Notes: a model not told the origin generated them from the letters alone. Positions 37,832-47,557 are shown, numbered from the stretch's first letter. The stretch: 64,000 nt of DNA from Candidatus Gastranaerophilales bacterium (GCA_944325825.1 CALVBP010000003.1:16081-80080), one strand, 5' to 3'. A program made the numbers and translations.

Positions 37832-40128
37832 CGACCTCAGCAGCAGAAAAAAAACCTAAATCTAAAAAAGAAAGAGCTCTTGTTATTGTTGAGTCTCCGG
37901 CAAAATCCAAAACAATTAAAAAGATTCTCGGTGACGGATATCAGATAGAGGCGAGCTTCGGTCACGTAAGGAATCTTCCGGAAAACATACTCGGGTTTGA
38001 TGTACATAACAACTTCAAACCAACTTATGTTGTAATTCCTGAAAAGAAAAAAGTCGTTGCAAAACTGAATGAACTGGCTAAGCATTCAGATAAAATCTAT
38101 CTTGCTTCCGACCCTGATAGAGAGGGGGAAGCTATTGCATGGCATGTAAAAGAGCTTCTTGATGTTGATGACAGCAAAGTTTTCAGAATAGAGTTTAACG
38201 AAATTACCCCAAAAGCTGTTAAATATGCAGTTGAACATTACCGCCAAATTGATATGGACAGGGTAAAGGCTCAGCAGACAAGACAGATTCTGGACAAACT
38301 CGTAGGATATAAACTGTCTCCTGTTCTTTGGAAACAACTGGGAAATTATCATCTTTCTGCCGGAAGAGTTCAGTCGGTTGCGCTTAGAATGATTTGCGAA
38401 AGAGAAGAAGAAATCGAAGCTTTTGTACCAAAAGAATACTGGTCAATTCATGCTCTTATGGATAAAGACGGCAAAACGTTTGAAGCGGAAGTTAATAAAT
38501 ATAAAGGTAAGAAATTTGATATTAATAATGAAGAAGAAGCCCTTAAAATAAAAGAATACCTGCTGGCTCCCGATACTGAATTTAAAGTTGAAAAGGTTAC
38601 TAAAAAAGAAACCAAAAGGAAACCGACAGCTCCTTTTATAACTTCAACCCTTCAAAGAGCTGCTAGCTCAAAGCTGGGTTTTGGGGTCTCAAAGACAATG
38701 CAAGTTGCCCAAAAGCTCTATGAAGGTATTGATATTGACGGAACACCTATAGGTCTTATCACCTATATGAGAACAGATAGCGTAAGAATTTCCGATGATG
38801 CTCAGGCTATGGCTAAGGATTTTATTTTGAATAACTACGGTGAAAAATACTATCCTGCATCACCAAACATATATGCCAAAGGCAAACAAAACGTTCAGGA
38901 TGCTCACGAAGCTATAAGACCTTCTTATCCTGAAAGAACTCCTGAAAGTATTAAACAATATCTATCATCAGACCAGTATAAACTATACAAACTTATCTGG
39001 GAAAAATTTATGTCCTCCCAGATGGCCCCGGCAAATATTGCAAACAAAACTATTGATATTACTGCCGGAGACTATTCCTTAAAGGCAGGAACCAGCAAAA
39101 TTCTGTTTGACGGATTCTTAAAGCTATATAATGATTCTGAAGAAGACGAAAAAGAAGCGGATGCAAAGATTCCGGATTTAGAAGCCGGTGACAAAGTAAT
39201 TTGTAAAGAAATTACACCGAAACAGCACTTTACCCAGCCGCCGCCGAGATACAATGAAGCTTCTCTTGTAAAAGCGCTTGAAGAACACGGAATCGGACGT
39301 CCGTCAACTTATGCAACAATTATTACGGTTATTCAAACAAGAAAGTATGTTGAGAAAAAAGACAAGGCTCTTGTTCCGACCCTTCTCGGAAGAACCGTCT
39401 GTAAACAACTTGTAAGCCAGTTCTCAGAAATTATGGATTACAAGTTCACTGCAGGAATGGAAGAGAAACTGGACAAAATTGCGGAAAAGAAAGCTGTTTG
39501 GAATGTCGTACTTCAAGAGTTCTATACCCCTTTTATGGAAGTAGTTAATTCCGTAATGAAAAATTCTCAAAAAGTAGTCATTGAAAGTGATAAGGTTTGC
39601 CCTAACTGCGGACGGAAAATGCTTGTCAGAACAAGCCGCTTCGGAACCCAATTCCTTGGCTGTTCAGGGTATCCCGAATGCAAAACAATTATTTCTTTAA
39701 ATAACTCGGTTGAACTGGAATCCGCAGAAGACGGAGAAAATAATCAAGCTCAAACATCCAATGAAAAGTGTGAAAAATGCGGCAGTTCAATGGTAATGAA
39801 AACCGGACCTTACGGGAAATATCTTGAATGCGTTGAGTGCAAAAACAGAAAAAAATATGTACGCTCAACAGGTGTAACCTGTCCTAAATGCGGCGAAGGT
39901 ACTATTATTGAAAAAAAATCCAAACACGGAAAGATATTTTTCGGATGCAATAGATATCCAGATTGTTCTTACGCCCTCTGGGATGAACCTACCGGGAATA
40001 AATGTCCTGAATGCGGCGAACTTTTAGTTAAAAAGAATACTAAAAACGGTATTTTTGAAGTCTGCTCGAGCAGAACCTGTTCTTATAAAAAGCAGCTTGA
40101 AACACCTGCCGGAGAGAATGAAGCTTAA
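37828..40128 (+). CDS. topA: DNA topoisomerase I
   Basis: LVIVESPAK, ASDPDREGEAIAW, SAGRVQS, ITYMRTDS, C-terminal C4 zinc ribbons. Confidence 0.98.
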   Translation: MTTSAAEKKPKSKKERALVIVESPAKSKTIKKILGDGYQIEASFGHVRNLPENILGFDVHNNFKPTYVVIPEKKKVVAKLNELAKHSDKIYLASDPDREGEAIAWHVKELLDVDDSKVFRIEFNEITPKAVKYAVEHYRQIDMDRVKAQQTRQILDKLVGYKLSPVLWKQLGNYHLSAGRVQSVALRMICEREEEIEAFVPKEYWSIHALMDKDGKTFEAEVNKYKGKKFDINNEEEALKIKEYLLAPDTEFKVEKVTKKETKRKPTAPFITSTLQRAASSKLGFGVSKTMQVAQKLYEGIDIDGTPIGLITYMRTDSVRISDDAQAMAKDFILNNYGEKYYPASPNIYAKGKQNVQDAHEAIRPSYPERTPESIKQYLSSDQYKLYKLIWEKFMSSQMAPANIANKTIDITAGDYSLKAGTSKILFDGFLKLYNDSEEDEKEADAKIPDLEAGDKVICKEITPKQHFTQPPPRYNEASLVKALEEHGIGRPSTYATIITVIQTRKYVEKKDKALVPTLLGRTVCKQLVSQFSEIMDYKFTAGMEEKLDKIAEKKAVWNVVLQEFYTPFMEVVNSVMKNSQKVVIESDKVCPNCGRKMLVRTSRFGTQFLGCSGYPECKTIISLNNSVELESAEDGENNQAQTSNEKCEKCGSSMVMKTGPYGKYLECVECKNRKKYVRSTGVTCPKCGEGTIIEKKSKHGKIFFGCNRYPDCSYALWDEPTGNKCPECGELLVKKNTKNGIFEVCSSRTCSYKKQLETPAGENEA

Positions 40129-40198
40129 GCACTGATTTTCCCCATATAGGTACTCTTCCTTATATTTACCCACCTTCTATATTTACCCCCCCCCAGGA

Positions 40199-40227
40199 TT
40201 GCAAAGCAGAATAAAGTATGTCATAAT
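40199..40227 (+). promoter_or_regulatory. Sigma70-type promoter of the candidate 6S RNA
   Basis: TTGCAA-N17-CATAAT, preceded by a C9 run (40186-40194). Confidence 0.55.
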
Positions 40228-40231
40228 GTTA

Positions 40232-40405
40232 GTACTTTATATAGGTGTTTATTTTGTTCCTACATTTTTAATAAAAAGGGAGAGTAAGCTCTATAGTTTG
40301 CGAAGTATACCCGCCGATACAAAATCGCCAGCGGGAAACGGATATTCTAAGGCACTCACCCACCTGCTGGTCGGCAGGTAACAAAATCGCACTTATATAA
40401 AGTTT
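40232..40405 (+). ncRNA. ssrS: Probable 6S RNA
   Basis: About 172 nt; 5' arm 40234-40258 pairs with 3' arm 40380-40403; GGGAGAGT/ACTCACCC inner stem; AU-rich 5' bubble; 3'-bubble hairpin ACCTGC-tggtcg-GCAGGT; own promoter; T-run after. Confidence 0.65.
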
Positions 40406-40414
40406 TTTATTTAT

Positions 40415-41614
40415 CTACAGTAATATCTGCGTACCCACAAGAATTCTATGCGAATCTTTTGCCGCATCATTCTGACAGAAAACATAGTTGAGGATTAATC
40501 TCAAACCCTGACCTTTAATAAAATAATTCAATCCGAGAGAATATTCTCTTTGATTATTATGTGAAATATTCCTATCAGGATCAAATTCATCATATCTTGC
40601 AAGAATTTGAAGTTTTTTAGTAAGCATATACCCCAAAGTAGCGTAAAAGCCGCTTGCATGCTTATCGGTTGAAAACCCGCTCGGGCCGTTGTAACCGTCA
40701 GCATTTGCCCATTCAAAATTAGCCATAAATCTTTTATATTCATACCCGATGTAGGCACCTGCCACACAAAAACTGTTATCTCTGTTTCCGGCATCTATAC
40801 CGCCGCCGATTTTAAGATTACCGTATTTGCCGTTTGTTTTAGCAAGAGGTTTTAAGTTAACCCATCCTATAAATTCTGTACCCGGAAAAAATTCCTGAAA
40901 ATATGTATCTGAACTATATACACCCAAATCATAATCTATCAGACTATAGTCTCCTGAGACTCTGGCTCCAAGTTTACGGATTGTTCCAAAATTTCTCGAA
41001 ATTTGCGACCTGGCAATAAAAGGCAAGACAAACGGGCCGTAACCGCCTTCCATACCGACAGGAGGTCTGGTATGTCCCACCATAACTCTATGATGCGGAA
41101 TTTTATTTGTTGCAATATACATATCTGCAAAAAGGTTTTGAACTACGTTTCTTGAAGAAAGCGGAGCGTAGTTAAACATAATTCTAAAATCCGCATTATT
41201 ATTTTTCAATTTACCGTCTAAACCGACATTAATTGTATTGAAATCATATTGGCTGCTTGATGAAGCATCTTCGTTCATGTAAACTCCGATATCTCCGTTA
41301 TATCCGCCCCATAATTGAAGGCTTTCCATCGGAGAATCTTCGTCAAATTTTTTCGTTAAAATATCTTGAAAAAGGTAAGTCGGCTTGTCGTATTTCTCTA
41401 CTTCAAGATGATATACATCGCTGAGTTTTTCACGCAGAGTTTTTTCCCCCTGTATCGCCGGAGCTTTCTGGCTTAGACTGTCTCCAGCGGGCTCTACAAT
41501 GGCAGCAGACTCTTCTAATATAACTTCATCAAAATAACCCTCATTTGATAATTTTGCAAATGCTGTAGGGGTTATAAGTAAAAATGCTATTATTAACGGC
41601 AGTATCTTTTTCAT
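40415..41614 (-). CDS. Outer-membrane porin (phosphate-selective OprO/P-like)
   Basis: Signal peptide; shares YSSDTYF..FFPG.EF.GW..LKPLA.TNGK.G.LK.GGGI and HR.L.GTQILL with 27825..28904. Confidence 0.7.
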   Translation of the reverse strand: MKKILPLIIAFLLITPTAFAKLSNEGYFDEVILEESAAIVEPAGDSLSQKAPAIQGEKTLREKLSDVYHLEVEKYDKPTYLFQDILTKKFDEDSPMESLQLWGGYNGDIGVYMNEDASSSSQYDFNTINVGLDGKLKNNNADFRIMFNYAPLSSRNVVQNLFADMYIATNKIPHHRVMVGHTRPPVGMEGGYGPFVLPFIARSQISRNFGTIRKLGARVSGDYSLIDYDLGVYSSDTYFQEFFPGTEFIGWVNLKPLAKTNGKYGNLKIGGGIDAGNRDNSFCVAGAYIGYEYKRFMANFEWANADGYNGPSGFSTDKHASGFYATLGYMLTKKLQILARYDEFDPDRNISHNNQREYSLGLNYFIKGQGLRLILNYVFCQNDAAKDSHRILVGTQILL

Positions 41615-41638
41615 AACTACATTTTATATTTAAAATAG

Positions 41639-41666
41639 AAAAAGACCAAACATAATTGGTCTTTTT
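41639..41666 (-). terminator. Intrinsic terminator after FNT gene
   Basis: AAAAAGACCAA-acataa-TTGGTCTTTTT. Confidence 0.75.
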
Positions 41667-41677
41667 CAAAAATTAAC

Positions 41678-42544
41678 TTAACTATGTCTGCGCTCTTCCC
41701 TTAAATAAGCTGTCCAGGACAAAAGGACAACAAATACAAACGCACCGACAATATTACCTAAAGTAACCGGAATAAGATTGTGTATAAAAAAGGCTTTCCA
41801 GGTCATAGTTGACAGCTGCTCGGGTGTCATCCCGGAAGCCGCAACAATTGACGGGAAATGTTTCATTAAAATTCCGTTTGGAATAAAAAACATATTTGCA
41901 ATACTGTGTTCATATCCGGAAGCAACAAATGTTGTTATAGGAAAAAATATTGCAAAGATTTTTCCTATAACACGCTTGGATGTCGATGCCATAAAAATAG
42001 CAAGACATACCAACCAGTTACAGAGAATACCCCTGAAAAAAGCTTCACCAAAGCTTAAATTTACTTTGGAGAAAGCTGTCTGCATGGCTGTAACTCCAAC
42101 AGCATCCCCGCCATTGTGTCCCAGACCTGCGAAATAAACCAAACCGGCAAGAAGAATTGAGCCGATAAAGTTTGCAATGTACACAACTGTCCAGCTTCTC
42201 AATAATTTTACGAGACTAATTTTCTTTTCCAAAACAGCAAATGTCATCATAACGTTACCGGTAAATAATTCAGCTCCTGTCAGGGTAACAAGAATCAAAC
42301 CCGTAGCAAATGTCATTGCCCCTATTAATTTAGTAAATCCCCAGCCCATATTGGAATCACCTGTCATAACCGTAAGTGAAACCTGTGCCCCAAAAGCAAT
42401 AAAGGCACCTGCTGCTATTGCAAGCGCAAACATTTTTGTTTTACTGTAATCGGCTTTACCCGTCATAACATTGTCACTAAGCTCATGCACAGCAGCACTG
42501 GGCGTAATACTATCTATTGTTGAAAAAATCTTTTCTTCTTCCAT
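41678..42544 (-). CDS. Formate/nitrite transporter (FNT) family channel
   Basis: AIAAGAFIAFG, GAELFTGN, GILCNWLVCLA, GYEHSIANM, PVTLGNIVG. Confidence 0.95.
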   Translation of the reverse strand: MEEEKIFSTIDSITPSAAVHELSDNVMTGKADYSKTKMFALAIAAGAFIAFGAQVSLTVMTGDSNMGWGFTKLIGAMTFATGLILVTLTGAELFTGNVMMTFAVLEKKISLVKLLRSWTVVYIANFIGSILLAGLVYFAGLGHNGGDAVGVTAMQTAFSKVNLSFGEAFFRGILCNWLVCLAIFMASTSKRVIGKIFAIFFPITTFVASGYEHSIANMFFIPNGILMKHFPSIVAASGMTPEQLSTMTWKAFFIHNLIPVTLGNIVGAFVFVVLLSWTAYLREERRHS

Positions 42545-42671
42545 TTAATATTCTCCTGTGTATATTTCAGACACAACAAACTAAGGGTGATTCTATAATC
42601 TCTTCATCTTATAATGCCCGGCTGTGTCATAAATCCATATAGAATAATAGCACTTGAAAGATTTAGTGCAA
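42545..42671 (-). promoter_or_regulatory. Promoter (TTGCAC-N16-TATTAT) and structured 5' leader of the FNT gene
   Basis: Leader GACACAGC pairs with GTTGTGTC; the alternative TTGTGT/ACACAG pairing overlaps the SD AGGAGA. Confidence 0.4.
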
Positions 42672-42767
42672 GCAAAAATATTTATAACTCCCTAAAGTTA
42701 TTGGGTCTAAGTTATGTAAAGATTAATTAAAATAAGACTTTTAGGTGTTCACAATCAATCTTGAAAA

Positions 42768-43604
42768 GTGTATTATATTGGTATGATAAACTTAGAGGAG
42801 TTATATTCGGAAGTACCTCCGACGAAATTAAGAAATATTGATGAGAAGTTCTGTCCTGCCAAAACATCGCCATTCTGGTTATGGGTTGCGGACAGGTTTT
42901 TCTATGGCATGCTGGAGGATAGATTTTACGCTTTTCGATACAAAGGAATTGAAAACTACAATAAAAGAGATTTCAATGCTCCTATGATTTTATTTGCTCC
43001 ACACTCAAACTGGTGGGACGGTATTGTCGGATATAATATTTGTAACAGACTTCTCAAAAAAGAAATCCGCCTTATGGTAGAAGAGTTGAACAGATTTCCT
43101 CTTCTAAGAAGAGGAGGAGCTTTTAATGTTAACAAAAAGTCTCCTCAAGCTTCAATGCAGGCACTAAGATATTCTGTAGAAATATTAGGAGACCCTAATA
43201 ACATTCTATACATATTTCCGCAAGGAATAATCAAACCGCCTAATTTCAGACCGATAGAATTGCAAACAGGATTAACCTATGTAGCTGAAAAAGCCGCTAA
43301 AAGATATGGCAAAGTTCAACTAATTCCTGTAGCTGTTAATTATATGTTTCTGAGAGATAATCGGCCGGAAGTTCTTGTTGAATTCGGAGACTTAATTGAG
43401 CTCACAAATTGGAAAGTGGACAGAAAAGAGTACACTCAATACCTGGGAAATACATTAGAAAAACTCTGTGACAAACAATTTTATGAGATAAGCCATGCTC
43501 AATTCACAGGATATGATACCTTATTCCAGCAAAAATTAAAATGGTACAGAAGAATTGAACAAAGACTGAAAAAAATTGATATAAAGAAAGGATCCGGAGT
43601 ATAA
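42768..43604 (+). CDS. Lysophospholipid acyltransferase (PlsC-like) family protein
   Basis: APHSNWWD (HxxxxD), IFPQG; start may be ATG at 42783. Confidence 0.85.
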   Translation: MYYIGMINLEELYSEVPPTKLRNIDEKFCPAKTSPFWLWVADRFFYGMLEDRFYAFRYKGIENYNKRDFNAPMILFAPHSNWWDGIVGYNICNRLLKKEIRLMVEELNRFPLLRRGGAFNVNKKSPQASMQALRYSVEILGDPNNILYIFPQGIIKPPNFRPIELQTGLTYVAEKAAKRYGKVQLIPVAVNYMFLRDNRPEVLVEFGDLIELTNWKVDRKEYTQYLGNTLEKLCDKQFYEISHAQFTGYDTLFQQKLKWYRRIEQRLKKIDIKKGSGV

Positions 43605-43631
43605 AATCCGGATTTTTTCTGCCGTATTATT

Positions 43632-43675
43632 ATAATAAAAAAGAGAGATTCTAATGAATCTCTCTTTTTTATTAT
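43632..43675. terminator. Bidirectional intrinsic terminator
   Basis: 20-bp perfect stem ATAATAAAAAAGAGAGATTC-taat-GAATCTCTCTTTTTTATTAT. Confidence 0.9.
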
Positions 43676-43687
43676 TTAACTAAAATC

Positions 43688-44338
43688 TTAGTTTTCAAAT
43701 GCCCATCTGGCTGCAGGACCGTTTGGAACCGCATAGCCTGCTCTTAATCTGACACCGAACTGGTCTTTAATTACACGAGTAGTAGACGTACATTCATTTG
43801 TCTCTACATCTTCTGCCCCATTAGGTTCACCTGCACAATTTGACAGAATATTAGGACCTTTAGAACCATTTGTGTCATAAATAATACCAAAACCATGCAC
43901 CATACCGTCAGATTCCATTTCTTTAACAGAATCAACTGTCATCAGAGTATTTTCCGGATCAAAGAGTACCGCTGATCCATCACGGAAGAATACAGCATAG
44001 TTCTCAGATTTCTGCTCACCGCCTTGAATTGAGAAATGTTTGCCTTCACCGCTCTTTCCATAGTCCACAGATGCTCTTTTTGATAATAAAGCATATAGTG
44101 ATTGTGCATCAGTATCATCTGTATCGGAGCTTGTAAAAGAAGCATAGTCAAACCCGTCAATAGCCTGATTCATCTGAGCAGCTTCTGTTAAAGTGTTGAT
44201 ACCTTTCTTCAAGCCGGTTTTTGCTTGTTGTTCTGCAGTATTTGTCATCAATGCAGGCAATGTCATGGTCGCAACTACACCGATGATAGCTAATGTGATC
44301 AAGACTTCTGCAAGAGTAAAACCATTCTTCTTCATCAT
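43688..44338 (-). CDS. Type IV pilin-like protein (prepilin N-terminal cleavage/methylation domain)
   Basis: KKNG|FTLAEVLITLAIIGVVATMTLP; C-terminal Cys pair. Confidence 0.92.
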   Translation of the reverse strand: MMKKNGFTLAEVLITLAIIGVVATMTLPALMTNTAEQQAKTGLKKGINTLTEAAQMNQAIDGFDYASFTSSDTDDTDAQSLYALLSKRASVDYGKSGEGKHFSIQGGEQKSENYAVFFRDGSAVLFDPENTLMTVDSVKEMESDGMVHGFGIIYDTNGSKGPNILSNCAGEPNGAEDVETNECTSTTRVIKDQFGVRLRAGYAVPNGPAARWAFEN

Positions 44339-44513
44339 AAATTCCTTTCTCTTCTTATATTATTATGATTAGTTCCTTAATACCACATTCTCATTTTAAC
44401 AAACTATCAACACTGTGTCAACAGAGTAATTTAAACAATTAAGAGAATATGATGAACACTATAATGTTAGGCGGTTAAAACCCTTCTATATCGTTAATAT
44501 TACTTAATATTAA

Positions 44514-45023
44514 TTATGCCAGAGCTTCAAAAGACTGGCCGTTCTTTTTGATAAGAGCTACCGTCGCCTGTGCATTCAAAAAATTCAAAGCGCCCATAAA
44601 ACTTTGTTTTTTACTTAAAGCACTTCTTGCTTCATTCATATTTGATTCAATTGTACTCTTTATTATCTCTTCACCGGAATTTTTTATTTTATATTCTTGC
44701 CGCTTAACAACAGCATCAGCTTTTCGTGGCGGAAACCCTACCTCCTCCGCTTTTGAATCATTCTCGGAAACAGAATCCGGCGGCAATGAGTTTGTTTTAT
44801 TTTCCGGTGTTTTTACTTCGGCAGTTAAAGAAAACGGATTTTTTGAAGCGACAAAGGAATTTCTTGCAATTTCCATGACATCGTTCTGAGCCGAAGAAGT
44901 GTATTCTTCCTGAACATCTTTAGCTAAAGCTTCCGCACGCTCTCTCGCACGTTTAAAAATCATCTCTTTTAAAGCTTCTGCTTCATGCCTGCTGACTATG
45001 GAATTGTAATTATATCCTGTCAT
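44514..45023 (-). CDS. Hypothetical protein
   Basis: AGAGG RBS before MTGYNY at 45023; helical termini and low-complexity middle. Confidence 0.7.
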   Translation of the reverse strand: MTGYNYNSIVSRHEAEALKEMIFKRARERAEALAKDVQEEYTSSAQNDVMEIARNSFVASKNPFSLTAEVKTPENKTNSLPPDSVSENDSKAEEVGFPPRKADAVVKRQEYKIKNSGEEIIKSTIESNMNEARSALSKKQSFMGALNFLNAQATVALIKKNGQSFEALA

Positions 45024-45099
45024 AATTTGTCCTCTTATATATATTAAAACCATAAATGTAAAGAAAATTGACAAATTAGTATATATTATTTATATAATT

Positions 45100-45117
45100 G
45101 TTACACAATTTAACATT
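45100..45117 (+). promoter_or_regulatory. HLR1-like direct repeat
   Basis: GTTACACA-AT-TTAACATT. Confidence 0.35.
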
Positions 45118-45321
45118 TCCATATCTGTAAATATTAAATAAATTTAAGATTATAAGAGGGTTACAGCATGAACACCCGGCAGTATTGTTATACAAAACGT
45201 AAAATATTTATAAGAGTATTTGTATTTTAATAATTTCTATTGTATAATGAAATTGCTATTTATATTTCGGCTAGTGTAAAATCTTAACAGGAAGGATATT
45301 ACCGACCTGTTTTCTTTTTCT

Positions 45322-46326
45322 CTAAATTTTTGATTTTAATATTTCAGCCGCATCTTTGGGGTTATCGGAATTTATTATTGCTCTTACTACCGCGATTCTG
45401 CCAATACCCGTATTTAAGACCGTATCTGCATTTTCCAAATCAATGCCGCCAATTGCAAACGCAGGAATGTTAATATTCTTACTGACCCATTCTATATAAT
45501 CCAATCCGACAGAAGCTCTGCCCGGCTTTGTAGGTGTTATATATACAGGACCGGCACCTATATAATCAGCACCGTCTGCAACAGCTCTTCTTGCCTGTTC
45601 CGGAGCATGGGTTGAGACGCCTATTATTGTGTTATCCCCGAGGATTTTCCTTGCTTCTTGAGGACTAATATCATCCTGTCCCAAATGAACACCGTCAGCT
45701 CCGCTCAGATATGCGATATCAACTCTGTCATTTACTATAAATATTGAGTTAAATTCATCACATAATTGCCTGATTTTTTTAGCCAGTTCCAATGTACTTG
45801 CCGCATCACGTGTTTTTTCACGTAATTGCACAATATCGACACCTCCTTGAAGCGCTGATGCAACTGCATTTAAAAATTCGTCCTCCGTCTTGAATTTATC
45901 GGAATTTGTAACAAGGTATAGTTTTGTATCTTTTAACCTCAATTTGCTAAATTTTTCCAGTAATTTTGAGTACATCATCTTCTCAAGAGTATAGACTTTG
46001 TACCGCATTTTCTCAAATTCGCCCATTCCGGTATATTCAAAAAGAACCCTCAAAGCCTCTTCCAATCTTTTAATATTTGCTTTAAATATTGTATCTACAC
46101 CGGCTCTTGTGTCAGGATTACAAATATTTATTCCTATATCATGTTCGCTGTCTCTGGAAGACAGATTATCACTATAATAATTATCAGAAATTTTGTTTAT
46201 ACTATGTCTTATATTTTTGAAACTTTCCGAAAGACTTTCATCTTCCAATATAAACCTTGAGATTTCCTCAAGAACCCTTGCACCTTCTGACGAGCGATTG
46301 AAATTTGCATCAATTATTCTTTGCAT
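45322..46326 (-). CDS. thiE: Thiamine-phosphate synthase, cyanobacterial type with N-terminal ThiD2-like domain
   Basis: RIIDANFNRSSEGARVLEE N-domain; GVDIVQLREK, VNDRVDIA, GVHLGQDD, PAFAIGGI; likely start 46326. Confidence 0.93.
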   Translation of the reverse strand: MQRIIDANFNRSSEGARVLEEISRFILEDESLSESFKNIRHSINKISDNYYSDNLSSRDSEHDIGINICNPDTRAGVDTIFKANIKRLEEALRVLFEYTGMGEFEKMRYKVYTLEKMMYSKLLEKFSKLRLKDTKLYLVTNSDKFKTEDEFLNAVASALQGGVDIVQLREKTRDAASTLELAKKIRQLCDEFNSIFIVNDRVDIAYLSGADGVHLGQDDISPQEARKILGDNTIIGVSTHAPEQARRAVADGADYIGAGPVYITPTKPGRASVGLDYIEWVSKNINIPAFAIGGIDLENADTVLNTGIGRIAVVRAIINSDNPKDAAEILKSKI

Positions 46327-46408
46327 AGAAAAAACCTTAAATATTATACCTAATAGATTATATAACAAAGGGGATACCTTTTTACAATGGCAGATTACAA
46401 AATAAATT

Positions 46409-46978
46409 ATGTCTAAAGCCATGTATAGAAAAGAAGAGTTTCAAGAACTTATTCACCTTGCGCAAAAGGGGGATGCAAAAGCGCTTGAAGAACTTGTAAG
46501 AAGAGTACAAAAAAATATTTACACAATGTTTTCGCACCTGACAGTTTCAAAATCAGATATATCAGATTTAACTCAGGAAACTCTTTTAAAAATGGCACGA
46601 GCTCTTCCAAAATTAAAAGAGCCAAAAAATTTTAAACCCTGGCTTAACCAGATAGTAACTAATACCTTTTACGATTATGCAAAAAGAACGTCCAAAAATA
46701 ATCTTCTTGAATTCGACGATAAAAAGCTTAATGAAATAAAAGACAAGCTTGGATGCGAACCCGGTCAGAAATGTTTGTTTTCAGAAATTGAAAAACTTAT
46801 AAAAGCAGCATTAATGACCCTTCCTCAAAACTTAAGAATTACATTACTGTTAAGAGAATATGAGGGTTTAAGTTATGAAGACATATCTAAAATAACAAAT
46901 ACAACGCTCGGGACTGTTAAATCAAGGATTTCCAGAGCCCGACTGAAATTACAGGAAGAACTTAAAGAATTTATCTAA
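46409..46978 (+). CDS. ECF-type RNA polymerase sigma factor
   Basis: DLTQETLLKM, FKPWLNQIVTN (region 2); LLREYEGLSYEDIS...GTVKSRISRAR (region 4). Confidence 0.92.
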   Translation: MSKAMYRKEEFQELIHLAQKGDAKALEELVRRVQKNIYTMFSHLTVSKSDISDLTQETLLKMARALPKLKEPKNFKPWLNQIVTNTFYDYAKRTSKNNLLEFDDKKLNEIKDKLGCEPGQKCLFSEIEKLIKAALMTLPQNLRITLLLREYEGLSYEDISKITNTTLGTVKSRISRARLKLQEELKEFI

Positions 46979-46990
46979 AGGAGTAAAAAA

Positions 46991-47554
46991 ATGAAATTAA
47001 CCTGCGCCCAAATGGATGTACTTATCTCTTTTTATATAGATAACGACCTCAGCAAAACACTTAAAAGCAAGGTTGAAGAACACCTTGAAAACTGTCCGGC
47101 ATGCAAAGCAAAATACGAAATAATAAAATCTATGCTGACGGATTTAAAAACCGCTTTTGGGAAAGAAGAGTCCATTCCGGAAGAAATACTGTATTCGTCA
47201 GTTTCAAACGCACCTCTTTCAACTCAATACAGGGTTTTTAAAAACAATCTCTCCGCTTATGTTGATAATGAGCTATCAAATGAAGAAAATGTAAAAATAA
47301 AAAAATTTACTATTAATAACAAGAAAGCAAGAAAAGACCTTGAAGACACCTATAACATAAGAAAGCTAATGAATGACTCGTTCAGAAAAACTAAAGCAGA
47401 TGCACGGCATGACTTTTCCAAAAATGTTCTTAAACAGCTTGAACTTGAAGATGAAGCTTTTTTAGGAATTCATCCGGTTATAAAAATAATTATTGGATTT
47501 ACGATAAGTGTACTCGTTTTTACAAGTATTGTGCTTTTTTCGATTAGTGCTTGA
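46991..47554 (+). CDS. Anti-sigma factor with zf-HC2 (ZAS) domain and C-terminal TM
   Basis: HLENCPACK (HxxxCxxC); follows ECF sigma; C-terminal TM helix. Confidence 0.85.
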   Translation: MKLTCAQMDVLISFYIDNDLSKTLKSKVEEHLENCPACKAKYEIIKSMLTDLKTAFGKEESIPEEILYSSVSNAPLSTQYRVFKNNLSAYVDNELSNEENVKIKKFTINNKKARKDLEDTYNIRKLMNDSFRKTKADARHDFSKNVLKQLELEDEAFLGIHPVIKIIIGFTISVLVFTSIVLFSISA

Positions 47555-47557
47555 AAT

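Noticed and set aside
40199-40381. 60-aa ORF MQSRIKYVIM
   Set aside because: Its start coincides with the -35 box and it overlaps the structured 6S-like RNA; likely a shadow ORF.
46327-46408. TPP riboswitch before thiE
   Set aside because: 82-bp divergent gap without the CUGAGA/UGAU-type motifs.
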